From an uncultured Thermofilaceae archaeon (GTDB lineage Archaea; Thermoproteota; Thermoprotei; Thermofilales; JAPDKD01), in contig CAZFWY010000001.1 of NCBI GenBank assembly GCA_964522715.1, positions 1 through 53,895 on the forward strand: a DNA stretch of 53,895 nucleotides, in the 5' to 3' direction. This document shows, piece after piece, positions 35,743 through 44,973 of the stretch; position 1 is the first letter of the stretch, and the number at the start of each line of letters is the position of its first letter. A program made the translations under genes and the position numbers. The notes below the pieces were generated by a model that worked only from the letters and a program-made list of their open reading frames with translations, did not search any database and was not told the origin of the DNA.

Positions 35743-37539
35743 TTATGATAGCTCGTTTAAGAGTAGTTTTCTAAGGGTTACGGGCGAGGCTTCTAAGATT
35801 AGCTCATCACCAAGTGGTAGGTGTATCGTGACTCTGGAGTTCGCCTTAAGGGTTACAGTAGTTCTTTGCAGTTCTTCGTCGCTGAGGACTTTCAGGGTCA
35901 CTCGTAAGGGGTAATCCGCCCTATTTGTTAGTTCGACTCTCAAGTTGCCGTTCTCTAGGTGGATGTCGCTTATGAATACCTTGCCTAGCTCTTCCTTGGA
36001 GATTCTCACTGCCTCGTCTGCCCATGTTCTTATCACCGTCTTCTCAGGTTCCTTCCACGCGTACCAGAAGTAGTCGCTGTCTATCGATATGGCCGCGGCT
36101 AGGAACGCCTTGAAGAGTGAGGTCTCCGGGTCCCTTAGCATCTCTTCTCTCAACTCGGCGGGGAGAGCGTAGAAGTATCCGGCTACCCATTTAAGCCTCT
36201 TAAGCACGTAAGTCCATAGGGACCTCCTCTTCCCTTCTACCCACTGTGTTTCGGAGAGGCCTATCCAAGACCCTCTAGGTATGCGGGTTATTCTCCTCCG
36301 TGGAGGCACTTTTTCTAGGGCTTCCGAGAGGGTGACCGTTTCGAAGTACTCAGAGTCATTCTCCAAGTAACCGTAAAGCCTGTCTAAGAAGTGGGGAGCG
36401 TAGGGTTTAGGCTCAGGCATTACCATCCAGTTCTCCCCGTCTAAGGCTATCACTACTACCCCGCCGGGCTTCTCCCGCAACCTATCATGGAGAGCCGCTA
36501 CGAAACGCCTAGCCTCCTCGTCGGCTTTCTCCTCAGACCCCGGGTCTCCTAGGAAGGATATCCAGTCACTTAATGCGCGATCTCTGAAGAAAACCACTAT
36601 GTCCGTGCCCTCTAGCCGGTACGGCTCGTAAATGTCGGCCAGCTCCCCTACGGCCTTGGAGAAGTGCTGGTCGCAGAGTACCGTGTACTTTACCCTTCTA
36701 GATGAGTAGAGGTCTGCTAGCTCGTCGCACCAGAACATCTCTGGAGTCCACACACCCCTCGGCTCGACTCCTAGCTTCTCCGTCACGGTTTTTAGTCCGA
36801 GGAAAAGTTCCCAGCCAATAAGTTCACGTATAAAGCTGCCTAGCCCTTCTTCCTCAAATAACTTTAAGACGTAGCCCTGCACTGTGTGCGCGTACACGCT
36901 CCCAAGGAACTCCGCAGAGCCAGTCTCAGCTAGGCGCTTAAAACCTTCCATTACCTCGGAGACCCTAGCCCTAACGTTCTCGTTGACATCTCCGCGCCGT
37001 AGGAGGTCGTTCCAGACTGAGAGGAGGGAGGGGGAGACGTGGTCTACGTCTTTTATCCGGGGGTGGCGCCTGTGTATCTCTAAATGCACCGCGTAAGGCC
37101 CGCCCCTAAAACCGGGAGCGAAGTCTTCAACCACGTACTTGACTGCCCAAGGGCTGTGCATAGACCCGTCAGGGTAAAAGGCGGGCGCCTGGTGAAAGTG
37201 CCAGACAAAAACCACCCTCAACTTATTGTTATGGCTGGGCGGTTTCGCCACGACTACGGGTAGGTTCTTCTCTAGCCACTCCTCCTCAAGCCTCACCATG
37301 ACTTTGAGAGTACCCTTCCCCTCAACCTCTGGTGCCTTGAACCCTACCTTCGCAAGGCCGCTCTCAAAACCCACATTTTCGAGAACAACTAGGTAAGCCT
37401 CTTTCCCTTCCAAGACAAACTCTAAAGCCAGTTCAGCGCTGCCATCAAACCCCTCCAGGTAAACCTCAAGAGTGTAAACTTGGCGCGGAGCTAGGATAAC
37501 ATGTGGTAACTTTACGGAGAAATTCCGCAAAACTAACAC
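35743..37539 (-). CDS. Glycoside hydrolase family 57-like protein with N- and C-terminal beta-rich extensions
   Basis: VVFVWHFHQAP (GH57 region-I-like HQ[PA]) and GVWTPEMFW (W.PE) in the core. About 105 aa of N-terminal and 90 aa of C-terminal extra sequence. Confidence 0.6.
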   Translation of the reverse strand: MLVLRNFSVKLPHVILAPRQVYTLEVYLEGFDGSAELALEFVLEGKEAYLVVLENVGFESGLAKVGFKAPEVEGKGTLKVMVRLEEEWLEKNLPVVVAKPPSHNNKLRVVFVWHFHQAPAFYPDGSMHSPWAVKYVVEDFAPGFRGGPYAVHLEIHRRHPRIKDVDHVSPSLLSVWNDLLRRGDVNENVRARVSEVMEGFKRLAETGSAEFLGSVYAHTVQGYVLKLFEEEGLGSFIRELIGWELFLGLKTVTEKLGVEPRGVWTPEMFWCDELADLYSSRRVKYTVLCDQHFSKAVGELADIYEPYRLEGTDIVVFFRDRALSDWISFLGDPGSEEKADEEARRFVAALHDRLREKPGGVVVIALDGENWMVMPEPKPYAPHFLDRLYGYLENDSEYFETVTLSEALEKVPPRRRITRIPRGSWIGLSETQWVEGKRRSLWTYVLKRLKWVAGYFYALPAELREEMLRDPETSLFKAFLAAAISIDSDYFWYAWKEPEKTVIRTWADEAVRISKEELGKVFISDIHLENGNLRVELTNRADYPLRVTLKVLSDEELQRTTVTLKANSRVTIHLPLGDELILEASPVTLRKLLLNELS

Positions 37540-37596
37540 CTAAGAAAAAAGAGTGATGTAGGTGCTTTTTAAAGGGACACTAATGGGGGTACTCCT

Positions 37597-37875
37597 TTAC
37601 TCCGTGCGCTCTAACACTATTTCGATTGTGGAAACGGTGCGCTCCTTGCCGGGCTCGCCTAGTTTCTCGCTGTCTATCTTTACGCTAGTTACCTGTACCT
37701 TACCCTCTAAGAAGCGCTTAACTATCTCGGCAGCGTCGACAGCTTTAGAGATAGCGCGGCCGCGCGCCTTTAAGATTACGCGTTTAGAGCCCTGACTGAA
37801 CTGCATCACGGCAGCTAGTACGTAGTTCGGCGTTGGTTTCTGACCTACTAATATGACACCCTCCTGGGCACTCAC
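37597..37875 (-). CDS. albA: Chromatin protein Alba (Sso10b family)
   Basis: VILVGQKPTPNYVLAAVMQF...RVILKARGRAISKAVDAAEIVKRF; 92 aa; GTG start. Confidence 0.9.
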   Translation of the reverse strand: MSAQEGVILVGQKPTPNYVLAAVMQFSQGSKRVILKARGRAISKAVDAAEIVKRFLEGKVQVTSVKIDSEKLGEPGKERTVSTIEIVLERTE

Positions 37876-38088
37876 TCACATCACCTTAGGTCTTTGTGTT
37901 GCGAGGGTTTGTCGCTAAACCCCTATATATTTGCATCGCCGCAACGCGGTACACGCCTCACATAACAACTAAAATCTGAGTTTACACGGTTGTGCTGGCT
38001 AAGAATAGCGCTGTACACACAAATGGGTATTCTCATTTAACCCGAGCGCCCAAACAAAAGAAATTAGAAGACTCACTTGGTCTCTAAG

Positions 38089-38152
38089 GGGCGCGATGAG
38101 GAAGCCTAGAGTGCTCTGACGCGTGATGGAGTAACCCCCTCTTCAAGCGCCC
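38089..38152 (+). ncRNA. C/D-box-like sRNA candidate with degenerate D box
   Basis: GGGCGC-G-ATGAGGA(C-like)-13 nt-CTGA(D')-CGC-GTGATGG(C'-like)-13 nt-TCAA(D position)-GCGCCC. Perfect 6-bp terminal stem and symmetric spacing, but the terminal D box lacks the GA. Confidence 0.25.
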
Positions 38153-38195
38153 TATGAGATGTAATTATATCCTGCTGGCTCCGCCAAACCCTACT

Positions 38196-40010
38196 TCAGC
38201 TCTCTTTTGAAGGCTCGCTTATCGTCGAGACATAATAGTACTCTTTAAGGACCTCTTTCTGGTACCTGTCCAGCCATGACCCCTCTTTGTTTATCCTCGG
38301 CCTCTTAGTCTCGGGGTCTCTCCTAAAGGTTATGCCTACTTCGCGTAGAAACATGTTCATGCCCTTCCTCAAACTGACCGGAGCGTGGGCATAGCCCTTA
38401 ACCCCCGGAGTACCCGTGAAGACCATTAGGCTTATGGATAGGAAGTCCTGGGCCACTATGTCGTGTTCTACTACGAACGTGGCCGCCCCTCTCTCCTCGG
38501 TCAGCCTCTTTATCACCCGCGCCACGGCGTACCTCTGCTCTACGTCCAGGTAGGCCATGGGTTCGTCTAATAGGTAGAGGTCGGCCTCCCTCCCTAGGGC
38601 TGCGGCTATAACCGCTCTTTGGAGTTCACCGCCGCTCAGGTCTGCCACGTACCTATCTAAGAGAGGGGTTAGTCTGAGCGGTCTTATGAGTTCTGTTTTA
38701 ACGAAGCTGGAACTAAGGTCTACGCCAGCGTCTCTCAGCATTTGTGCCAGCGTCCCGTCGTATTCTATCTTCGAAATGAACTGAGGTTTGTAACTCAGCT
38801 TAACTTCGCCGAGCCTCTCTATGTAGCCCTCATCGGGCTCCAACCTCCCGGCGAGTATCCTGACGAAGGTGGTCTTCCCTATGCCGTTAGGGCCTAAGAT
38901 ACCTATGACCTCGCCCCTGTGTATCTCTCCCCCTTCTACCTCTAGGGAGAAGCCGTCGAGGCTCTTCGTGAGCCTAGACCACCTTAGTAAGACGGATTCC
39001 GGCTTCCACTCTACTGTCGGAGGCTTCACGTAGAACTCTATTGGGTACTCCCTTATCCTGAGGTTCTCCTCCCTTAGGAAACCGCTGATGTAGGCGTTTA
39101 TCCCCGTCCTAACCCCTCTCGGCAGGCTTACCACGCCGTAGACGCCTGGCTCGCCGTACAACACGTGTATGAGGTCAGATATGTAGTCCAGCACGGCCAG
39201 GTCGTGTTCAACCACTACCACAAAGTTGTCCTCGCTGGCTAGCCTCCTGATGGCGCGCGCAACCCTCAGCCTCTCTTTGACGTCCAGGTAACTGGAGGGC
39301 TCATCTATCAAGTAAACCTGAGCGTCCCTAAGCATGAGAGCAGCTATCGCGAATTTCTGCAGCTCCCCACCGCTTAAATGTCTCACTTCGCGGTCTAAGA
39401 CCTCTTTCAACCCTAGCTCCTCGACTACGTCTTTAAGCTCGCCCTTCTCGTCAACTCTCCTCAGGATATCGATGACTGTGCCCTTGACATAGCGTGGGAT
39501 CCTATCGACGGCTTGAGGCTTATGTACGACTCTTAGCTTGCTCTCAGACATCTTCTCGAAGTAGGGCTGGAGTTCGGAGCCTCTGAAGAACCTTATGATC
39601 TCGTCCCAGTCAGGGGGGTCATCGTAAGAGCCAAGATTGGGCTTTATCTCCCCGGCCAGTATCCTGAGAGAGGTTGTCTTGCCTACGCCGTTCATACCTA
39701 TTAGGCCCACAACTTTACCTCTCTTTGGAATAGGCAACCTGAAGAGCTCGAAGAGATTGGGGCCGTAACGGTGTATTAAGTCCTCCTCCAGCTTCTCGGG
39801 TAGGTTAACTATGGATATGGCCGAGTAGGGGCACTTCTTCACGCATATCCCACAACCCACACAGAGGTTCTCGGCTATAGCCGCCCTCTTAGCCTCCTCG
39901 TCTATCCAGACACATTTAGAGCCTGCCCTATTTATCGGGCAGAACCTCACACACTCCAGGTGGCATTTAGAGGGTTTACACAGAGAGGGGTCTACGACCG
40001 CTATCCTCAC
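38196..40010 (-). CDS. abcE1: ABCE1 / RNase L inhibitor ribosome-recycling ATPase
   Basis: N-terminal twin 4Fe-4S clusters (CKPSKCHLECVRFCP; CVGCGICVKKCP) followed by two ABC domains (GMNGVGKTT, GPNGIGKTT; LSGGELQ twice). Confidence 0.95.
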   Translation of the reverse strand: MRIAVVDPSLCKPSKCHLECVRFCPINRAGSKCVWIDEEAKRAAIAENLCVGCGICVKKCPYSAISIVNLPEKLEEDLIHRYGPNLFELFRLPIPKRGKVVGLIGMNGVGKTTSLRILAGEIKPNLGSYDDPPDWDEIIRFFRGSELQPYFEKMSESKLRVVHKPQAVDRIPRYVKGTVIDILRRVDEKGELKDVVEELGLKEVLDREVRHLSGGELQKFAIAALMLRDAQVYLIDEPSSYLDVKERLRVARAIRRLASEDNFVVVVEHDLAVLDYISDLIHVLYGEPGVYGVVSLPRGVRTGINAYISGFLREENLRIREYPIEFYVKPPTVEWKPESVLLRWSRLTKSLDGFSLEVEGGEIHRGEVIGILGPNGIGKTTFVRILAGRLEPDEGYIERLGEVKLSYKPQFISKIEYDGTLAQMLRDAGVDLSSSFVKTELIRPLRLTPLLDRYVADLSGGELQRAVIAAALGREADLYLLDEPMAYLDVEQRYAVARVIKRLTEERGAATFVVEHDIVAQDFLSISLMVFTGTPGVKGYAHAPVSLRKGMNMFLREVGITFRRDPETKRPRINKEGSWLDRYQKEVLKEYYYVSTISEPSKES

Positions 40011-40031
40011 TACGTACCAGCCCCTCTCCGA

Positions 40032-40304
40032 TTATTCTTCCCCGCTCTCCTCCATAGTAGACAGAAAGACCTCGTAATACTCTTTAAGGAGCTCCCTCTG
40101 CTCCTCGCTCATACCCTCAGCTACTTCCTCCCGAGAAACTACAGTGACCTTCGTCCTGCTCTTCTTATTCACAGTTTCGCTCTGCTTGTAACCAGATCCT
40201 TCAGCCTTCTTCTGATAACCACACCTCCTACACACTAAGACCGTGCTCCCCTCCTTCTTCTGGGGGACTAATATCGAGCCGCACCTCGGGCAAAACTCAA
40301 CCAT
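40032..40304 (-). CDS. Zn-ribbon protein resembling the N-terminal domain of TFS/RpoM(Rpb9), with an acidic helical tail instead of the C-terminal ribbon
   Basis: MVEFCPRCGSILVPQKKEGSTVLVCRRCGYQ parallels the TFS N-ribbon. There is no second CxxC...CxxC. The C-terminus is SEEQRELLKEYYEVFLSTMEESGEE. Confidence 0.5.
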   Translation of the reverse strand: MVEFCPRCGSILVPQKKEGSTVLVCRRCGYQKKAEGSGYKQSETVNKKSRTKVTVVSREEVAEGMSEEQRELLKEYYEVFLSTMEESGEE

Positions 40305-40615
40305 TTACTCCCACCGGGAACTCTCAAGCCTTAGTAGGTCGTACGATAAGGGGTCTTATTTATTGTTTTGCTTTTTATTAATACTTCAGAAACTTAGGCT
40401 TTGTGCAAAGAATAAATTTACATCGAAGGCTATTAGTATTAACAGAAAGAGAAGATATAAACGAGAGCTGTACTTGTATGAGGCAACGTAAATACTAGAG
40501 TTGCAACATTTCTCTTCTCCTCTATACATATATTAATGGAAAGATGCCAAGCTTAAGATACGTATAAGAGCGGTAAAAGGCTGCAAGAACGAATATTTAA
40601 TAGTTCGTAACCCGT

Positions 40616-41383
40616 ATGGAGGTAGCAGTAACGTGCATGGGGAGGAGGGAGATGGCTAAGCCTCAATACGTTGTGGAGACTGTAGACCTCCACAAGTATT
40701 ACTATCTGAAGGGTGAGACCGTAAAGGCGCTTAGGGGGATTAACCTCCAGGTTAAGTACCACGAGTACCTCTCTATCCTGGGGCCTAGCGGCTCTGGTAA
40801 GACTACATTATTCAACATGATAGGCGCGCTGGACACGCCCACTAAGGGCAAAGTGTATCTGGATGGTAGAGACCTCTCGACGCTTACCTCTAGGCAGCTA
40901 GCGTGGGTTAGGTGCCACAGGGTGGGCTATATATTCCAGACCTTCAACCTTATACCTGTCCTAACGGCTCTCGATAACGTAGCCGTACCGATGATATTCG
41001 CTGGAGTACCTAGGAAGAAGAGGGAGGAGAAAGCTAAGCAGTTATTGGAGAGAGTGGGGCTGGGCGATAGGCTTCACCACAGACCCACCGAGCTAAGCGG
41101 TGGACAGCAGCAGCGTGTCGCTATTGCTAGGGCGCTAGCTAACGACCCCTCGATAATTCTGGCTGACGAGCCTACGGGTAACCTTGACCTGAACACAGGT
41201 CTGAAGATAGTCCACTTATTGAAGGAGTTAAACGTGGAGAAGGGTGTCACTGTCATAGTGGCTACCCACGACCTCAAGATGATAGATGTCAGCGACAGGA
41301 TAGTCTGGATAAGGGACGGTAAGGTGGAGAGAGTAGAGGAGAGGATGGCAATAGAAATGGGAGCCGAAGAATTCGAACTGTAG
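40616..41383 (+). CDS. ABC transporter ATP-binding protein (MacB/LolD/FtsE-like)
   Basis: GPSGSGKTT, LSGGQQQRVAIARAL, ILADEPTGNLD, ATHD. The ATG at 40652 (MAKPQYVV) is the likelier start. Confidence 0.85.
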   Translation: MEVAVTCMGRREMAKPQYVVETVDLHKYYYLKGETVKALRGINLQVKYHEYLSILGPSGSGKTTLFNMIGALDTPTKGKVYLDGRDLSTLTSRQLAWVRCHRVGYIFQTFNLIPVLTALDNVAVPMIFAGVPRKKREEKAKQLLERVGLGDRLHHRPTELSGGQQQRVAIARALANDPSIILADEPTGNLDLNTGLKIVHLLKELNVEKGVTVIVATHDLKMIDVSDRIVWIRDGKVERVEERMAIEMGAEEFEL

Positions 41384-41392
41384 GCTGGAAAG

Positions 41393-41941
41393 ATGCTCAA
41401 GGACTTTAACCTCGTCATATCTACCTATAGGAGGAGGGAGAACGACTGCATATCCGAGCTATGGTACGTTTTACAGGACTTCGGCGATAAAAAGATAAAC
41501 GCGAGCACCACGGGCTTGCCCGGCCTGATAGTAGCTAAGACGAGCCTAGACCCGTTCGAAGTCGTTGAGAGGATAAGGAAGGAGGCTGAGGAGAAGCCCT
41601 GGTACTTCAGGCTAATCCTCAAAATAGTGCCGATAGAGAGGGTGGTCGAGGCCGACCTTAACAAGATGGTAGAGGCCGCGCGCGGATTAGCCCTCAAGAA
41701 GATAGGGGAGGAGGAGACCTTCAGGATTACTGTTAGGAAGAGGCTGTCCACGCTGGACAGGGACGAGATAATAGATAGGGTGGCGTCTGTAATAGACAGG
41801 AAGGTTGACTTAAAGAACCCTGACAAGATCGTGTGGATAGAGATTATAGGAGACTTGGCTGGGATATCCGTATTGAAGCCGGAGCATGTGGTCTCTCTCC
41901 AGAAAATAAGGAGGGAGAGCAGGTTAAGAAAGGGACAGTGA
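41393..41941 (+). CDS. THUMP-domain RNA-binding protein
   Basis: 182 aa. The layout FNLVISTYRRRENDCISELWY ... FRITVRKR ... resembles stand-alone archaeal THUMP proteins (COG1818-type). Confidence 0.55.
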   Translation: MLKDFNLVISTYRRRENDCISELWYVLQDFGDKKINASTTGLPGLIVAKTSLDPFEVVERIRKEAEEKPWYFRLILKIVPIERVVEADLNKMVEAARGLALKKIGEEETFRITVRKRLSTLDRDEIIDRVASVIDRKVDLKNPDKIVWIEIIGDLAGISVLKPEHVVSLQKIRRESRLRKGQ

Positions 41942-42484
41942 GACCGCGCGGCTGGCGACTAGACGTTTGACAACTCCTATAATGTCCTCTTTTCCCGCTA
42001 TGGATATAGCTTCTTCGGGTATTTTTAGCAATTTTACTAGGGAGAGAGCCCTCTTCTCGTCTGGCTCCATTATTGTTTCGTCTTCCTCTAGGTCTAGCCT
42101 GCTCAGGACGGCCTCTATGGAGCTAGCGGCTTTACCTTTCTCTCTGGAGAGGGCGATTAACACGCAGTTCTCACCTCTAGGCTTCGTCATCCTCAGCACT
42201 TTCTTGATTTCCCGAGACCCGACTAAGTAGAGCTGGACTTCTACCTCCAAGTACTTGGAGATCTTGTTCCCCCTGTCCCAGGCCCTGACCGCGTGCTCGC
42301 ACGCCACTACTATGTGCTCGAACCCGGCTACGACGTTAGGGTTTAAAGCCACTACGTAGGAGTCGGCTTCCTCGCCCACAGATATACAGGTCTTAATGAT
42401 TTCGTCTGGTTTGAAAGACCCTTTAGCCCCTGTTGCAGCGATGTACCACTCCCCGTTTTTCTCGCCGACTACCGCGCACCTCAT
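41924..42484 (-). CDS. cgi121: KEOPS complex subunit Cgi121
   Basis: VALNPNVVAGFEHIVVACEHAV...ISKYLEVEVQLYLVGSREIKKVLRM...NCVLIAL aligns by eye with M. jannaschii Cgi121 (QILNADVV...ILVRASGQRQIHEAI...NVCLI). Confidence 0.7.
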   Translation of the reverse strand: MRCAVVGEKNGEWYIAATGAKGSFKPDEIIKTCISVGEEADSYVVALNPNVVAGFEHIVVACEHAVRAWDRGNKISKYLEVEVQLYLVGSREIKKVLRMTKPRGENCVLIALSREKGKAASSIEAVLSRLDLEEDETIMEPDEKRALSLVKLLKIPEEAISIAGKEDIIGVVKRLVASRAVSLSLS

Positions 42485-42517
42485 AGTTTAAAGTAGCCGT
42501 GCAGGGAGAAATAAAGG

Positions 42518-43339
42518 GTGCTACTCTTGGCCCCGAGGGTAATAGCCCTCCTGACAGACTTCGGATACGCCGACCCCTACGTCGCGTCTATGAAAGGAGT
42601 GATTCTCTCCATTAATGGGGTTGCGAGGATTGTAGATGTCAGCCATGGCGTGCCGAAGTTCGATATTAGGAGCGCGTCTTACGTGCTCTACTGTGCCTAC
42701 AAGTACTTCCCGGAGGGCACTGTATTCGTAGTGGTTGTTGACCCGGGCGTAGGGACTGAGCGTAGGTCTATAGTCGTTAAAACTAGGAGGTACTTCTTCG
42801 TCGGGCCCGATAACGGAGTTTTGATCCCGGCTGCGAGGGATGACGGCATAGAGAAAGTGGTCAATGTAACGAATAGGAAGTACATGCGCAGGGAAGTATC
42901 TCACACGTTCCACGGGAGGGACATATTCGCGCCCGTAGCTGCCCACATCTCTAGGGGAGTCCCGGTAGACGAGTTCGGCGAGGCCATAACCGACTACGTT
43001 GTCCCGAGCTTCGCCGAGCCAGTTATAAGTGGGAGGCGGGCGGAGGGGGAAGTAATATATATTGACGGGTTCGGTAACGCTGCGACCAACATCCGCGTTG
43101 AACACGTAGAGAGGCTCGGCCTCAAATACGGAGACGAGGTTAAAGTAGTGATTGAGCGAGAGGGAGAGGAGAAATATTACAGGTGGAGGTTTCTGCCCAG
43201 CTTTGGGTACGCTGGCAAGGGGAGACCTCTACTGTTGATAAATAGTGAGGGGTTTCTGGAGATAGCGGTGAACCTCGGGAACGCCAGCAGAGAACTAGGG
43301 ATAAGTATTGGGGACAGGGTCATAGTTGAGCCGTTATAG
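42518..43339 (+). CDS. SAM hydroxide adenosyltransferase / SAM hydrolase (DUF62, fluorinase-chlorinase-like family)
   Basis: IALLTDFGYADPYVASMKGVILSIN...VDVSHGVPKFDIRSA and VVVVDPGVGTERR are family signatures. Confidence 0.8.
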   Translation: MLLLAPRVIALLTDFGYADPYVASMKGVILSINGVARIVDVSHGVPKFDIRSASYVLYCAYKYFPEGTVFVVVVDPGVGTERRSIVVKTRRYFFVGPDNGVLIPAARDDGIEKVVNVTNRKYMRREVSHTFHGRDIFAPVAAHISRGVPVDEFGEAITDYVVPSFAEPVISGRRAEGEVIYIDGFGNAATNIRVEHVERLGLKYGDEVKVVIEREGEEKYYRWRFLPSFGYAGKGRPLLLINSEGFLEIAVNLGNASRELGISIGDRVIVEPL

Positions 43340-44380
43340 TAGTCCCGCGCCTCTTATTCTGACTACTATTCCGCCGTCCCTCTTCTCTACCTCGTAGCTA
43401 GCTCCCGTAATTTTTTTGCACAGCCAAAGCGCCGTCTCAGCGTGAGAAGTCATCCTGGGAGCGTAGACCTCCGACGTGCCTGAAGTTAAGGCCATGTATA
43501 TCACTAGGTTGTCGAGGGCGTGGTCATCAGTAGAGGCCTTAACGTCCAGTACATCAGCTAGTTTCTCCCCCGCTTCCCGACCTACAACCTCGGCTCTCTT
43601 CCCTCTCTCGCCTAGAGAGTCACCGCCTGCTACCCCCTGGTCTGTTTCTGCCCAGACGACTATACCCGTACCCCTGCTGGCCGCTGGCGTCTTATCGTCG
43701 ATTACTATCTCTTCGATGTACCTACCGTACCCCCTCTTCTCCAGTACAGACCTGGCGGAAGAAGCTTGGCGAACCGCTATGTGTCTCGGGAGGTTGCCCA
43801 CGTAAGAGATCCCTCTGATGCTCTTAATCTCTTTGTAGGGGGAGATGCTTATGGGTCTCAGCTTGCCTGGCTTAACTCTAACCTTAACTATCCCGCCGCC
43901 CTCCGGGTAGAAGCCCCTCCTGATCAAGTCTATCTCCGCTTTTACCCCGAACTTCTTTAAGAGGGGGAGTAGTACGTGCTGCATGTAAGGGACTGGGGGA
44001 GACCACTTAACGGTTGTTCCTCCCCTCACTGTCAGCTCGACTGGAGAGTCGGCCGCTACTAGTACTGGCAGCGTTGCCTGTAGGAGGAGGGAAATACTGC
44101 CAGCGGTCCCTATGTCTACTTTATACTGTCCGCCTCTAGGCCTCCTTTTAGGTCTAAAGGTTATCTGCGTAGACCCTATTCTCAGCCCCTCTACTTCAGC
44201 GCCCACTAGGGACGCTATCGTCTTAATGGCGTTTAGGTGTTGAGGTCTTAACCCAGGGTTAGACCTCTTAGCCCTTATGTTTATGACCTTTACCTCCTCG
44301 CCCATTATCGCCGCCAGGGCTACGCTGTACCTTAACAGCTGCCCCCCACCCTCGCCGAAACTGCCATCTATAACTATCAT
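43334..44380 (-). CDS. rtcA: RNA 3'-terminal phosphate cyclase
   Basis: IDGSFGEGGGQLLRYSVALAAI...INIRAKRSNPGLRPQHL; 348 aa. Confidence 0.9.
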   Translation of the reverse strand: MIVIDGSFGEGGGQLLRYSVALAAIMGEEVKVINIRAKRSNPGLRPQHLNAIKTIASLVGAEVEGLRIGSTQITFRPKRRPRGGQYKVDIGTAGSISLLLQATLPVLVAADSPVELTVRGGTTVKWSPPVPYMQHVLLPLLKKFGVKAEIDLIRRGFYPEGGGIVKVRVKPGKLRPISISPYKEIKSIRGISYVGNLPRHIAVRQASSARSVLEKRGYGRYIEEIVIDDKTPAASRGTGIVVWAETDQGVAGGDSLGERGKRAEVVGREAGEKLADVLDVKASTDDHALDNLVIYMALTSGTSEVYAPRMTSHAETALWLCKKITGASYEVEKRDGGIVVRIRGAGLL

Positions 44381-44384
44381 TTAA

Positions 44385-44969
44385 TCACCCCCTCAGCTCC
44401 TTCGCCGCGTATAACATCCTTTGAATGACTGTGAAGCCTGTCAGTATTATTAGCGCTACTAATAAGAAATAGGCTACTCTTACCCCGAGGAGGTATCGGG
44501 AAATCAGGACTGTGAAGAACGCTAAGACTCTCTCCCCCCTCTCCATTAGCCCTACTCCAGCCATTTTTAGGCCTAAACCCTCAGCCCGGGCTCGTACGTA
44601 GCTGACCATGTATGCTAGAACTAGGAGGAAGAAGGACTCAATGGGAGAACATATACCCACGGCGTACGCTGAGTAGGCGTATATGGAGTCGGCGACTCTA
44701 TCACTCGTTGAATCGAGGAGCGCGCCTACTTTCGAGGTTCTCCCAGTAACCCTGGCGACAGCCCCGTCAACCATGTCCATAATGGTGGAGAGGACGAATA
44801 ACCCCAGCACTAGTAAGCCGTTTTCGGGGTGTAGGGTAGCCGCTACGAGGTACATGACCGCTATCAGTAGTCCGAGTGCCGTGATGAAGTTTGGATGAAT
44901 GTAGCTACCTATAACTTTAGCGAGGGGGTAAAACGCCTTCTCCACCTTAGGTTTAATTTTAGAAAGCAT
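44385..44969 (-). CDS. CDP-alcohol phosphatidyltransferase (archaetidylinositol-phosphate synthase-like)
   Basis: DMVDGAVARVTGRTSKVGALLDSTSDRVAD matches DGx2ARx8Gx3Dx3D. About 6 TM; 194 aa. Confidence 0.8.
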   Translation of the reverse strand: MLSKIKPKVEKAFYPLAKVIGSYIHPNFITALGLLIAVMYLVAATLHPENGLLVLGLFVLSTIMDMVDGAVARVTGRTSKVGALLDSTSDRVADSIYAYSAYAVGICSPIESFFLLVLAYMVSYVRARAEGLGLKMAGVGLMERGERVLAFFTVLISRYLLGVRVAYFLLVALIILTGFTVIQRMLYAAKELRG

Positions 44970-44973
44970 GAAC

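Noticed and set aside
40305-40615. AT-rich tract as a replication origin
   Set aside because: I found no ORB or mini-ORB-like repeats (TCCA-N-TGGAAA type), and no orc1/cdc6 or whiP gene is nearby. A divergent promoter region is more parsimonious.
42521-43105. Long antisense ORFs opposite well-supported genes (for example 42521..43105, 20420..20968, 23187..23549, 23922..24446, 28392..28838, 30059..30511, 12555..13193, 46056..46463)
   Set aside because: All are embedded in genes with strong family motifs on the other strand. They have skewed Ser/Pro/Arg/Leu composition and no motifs of their own.
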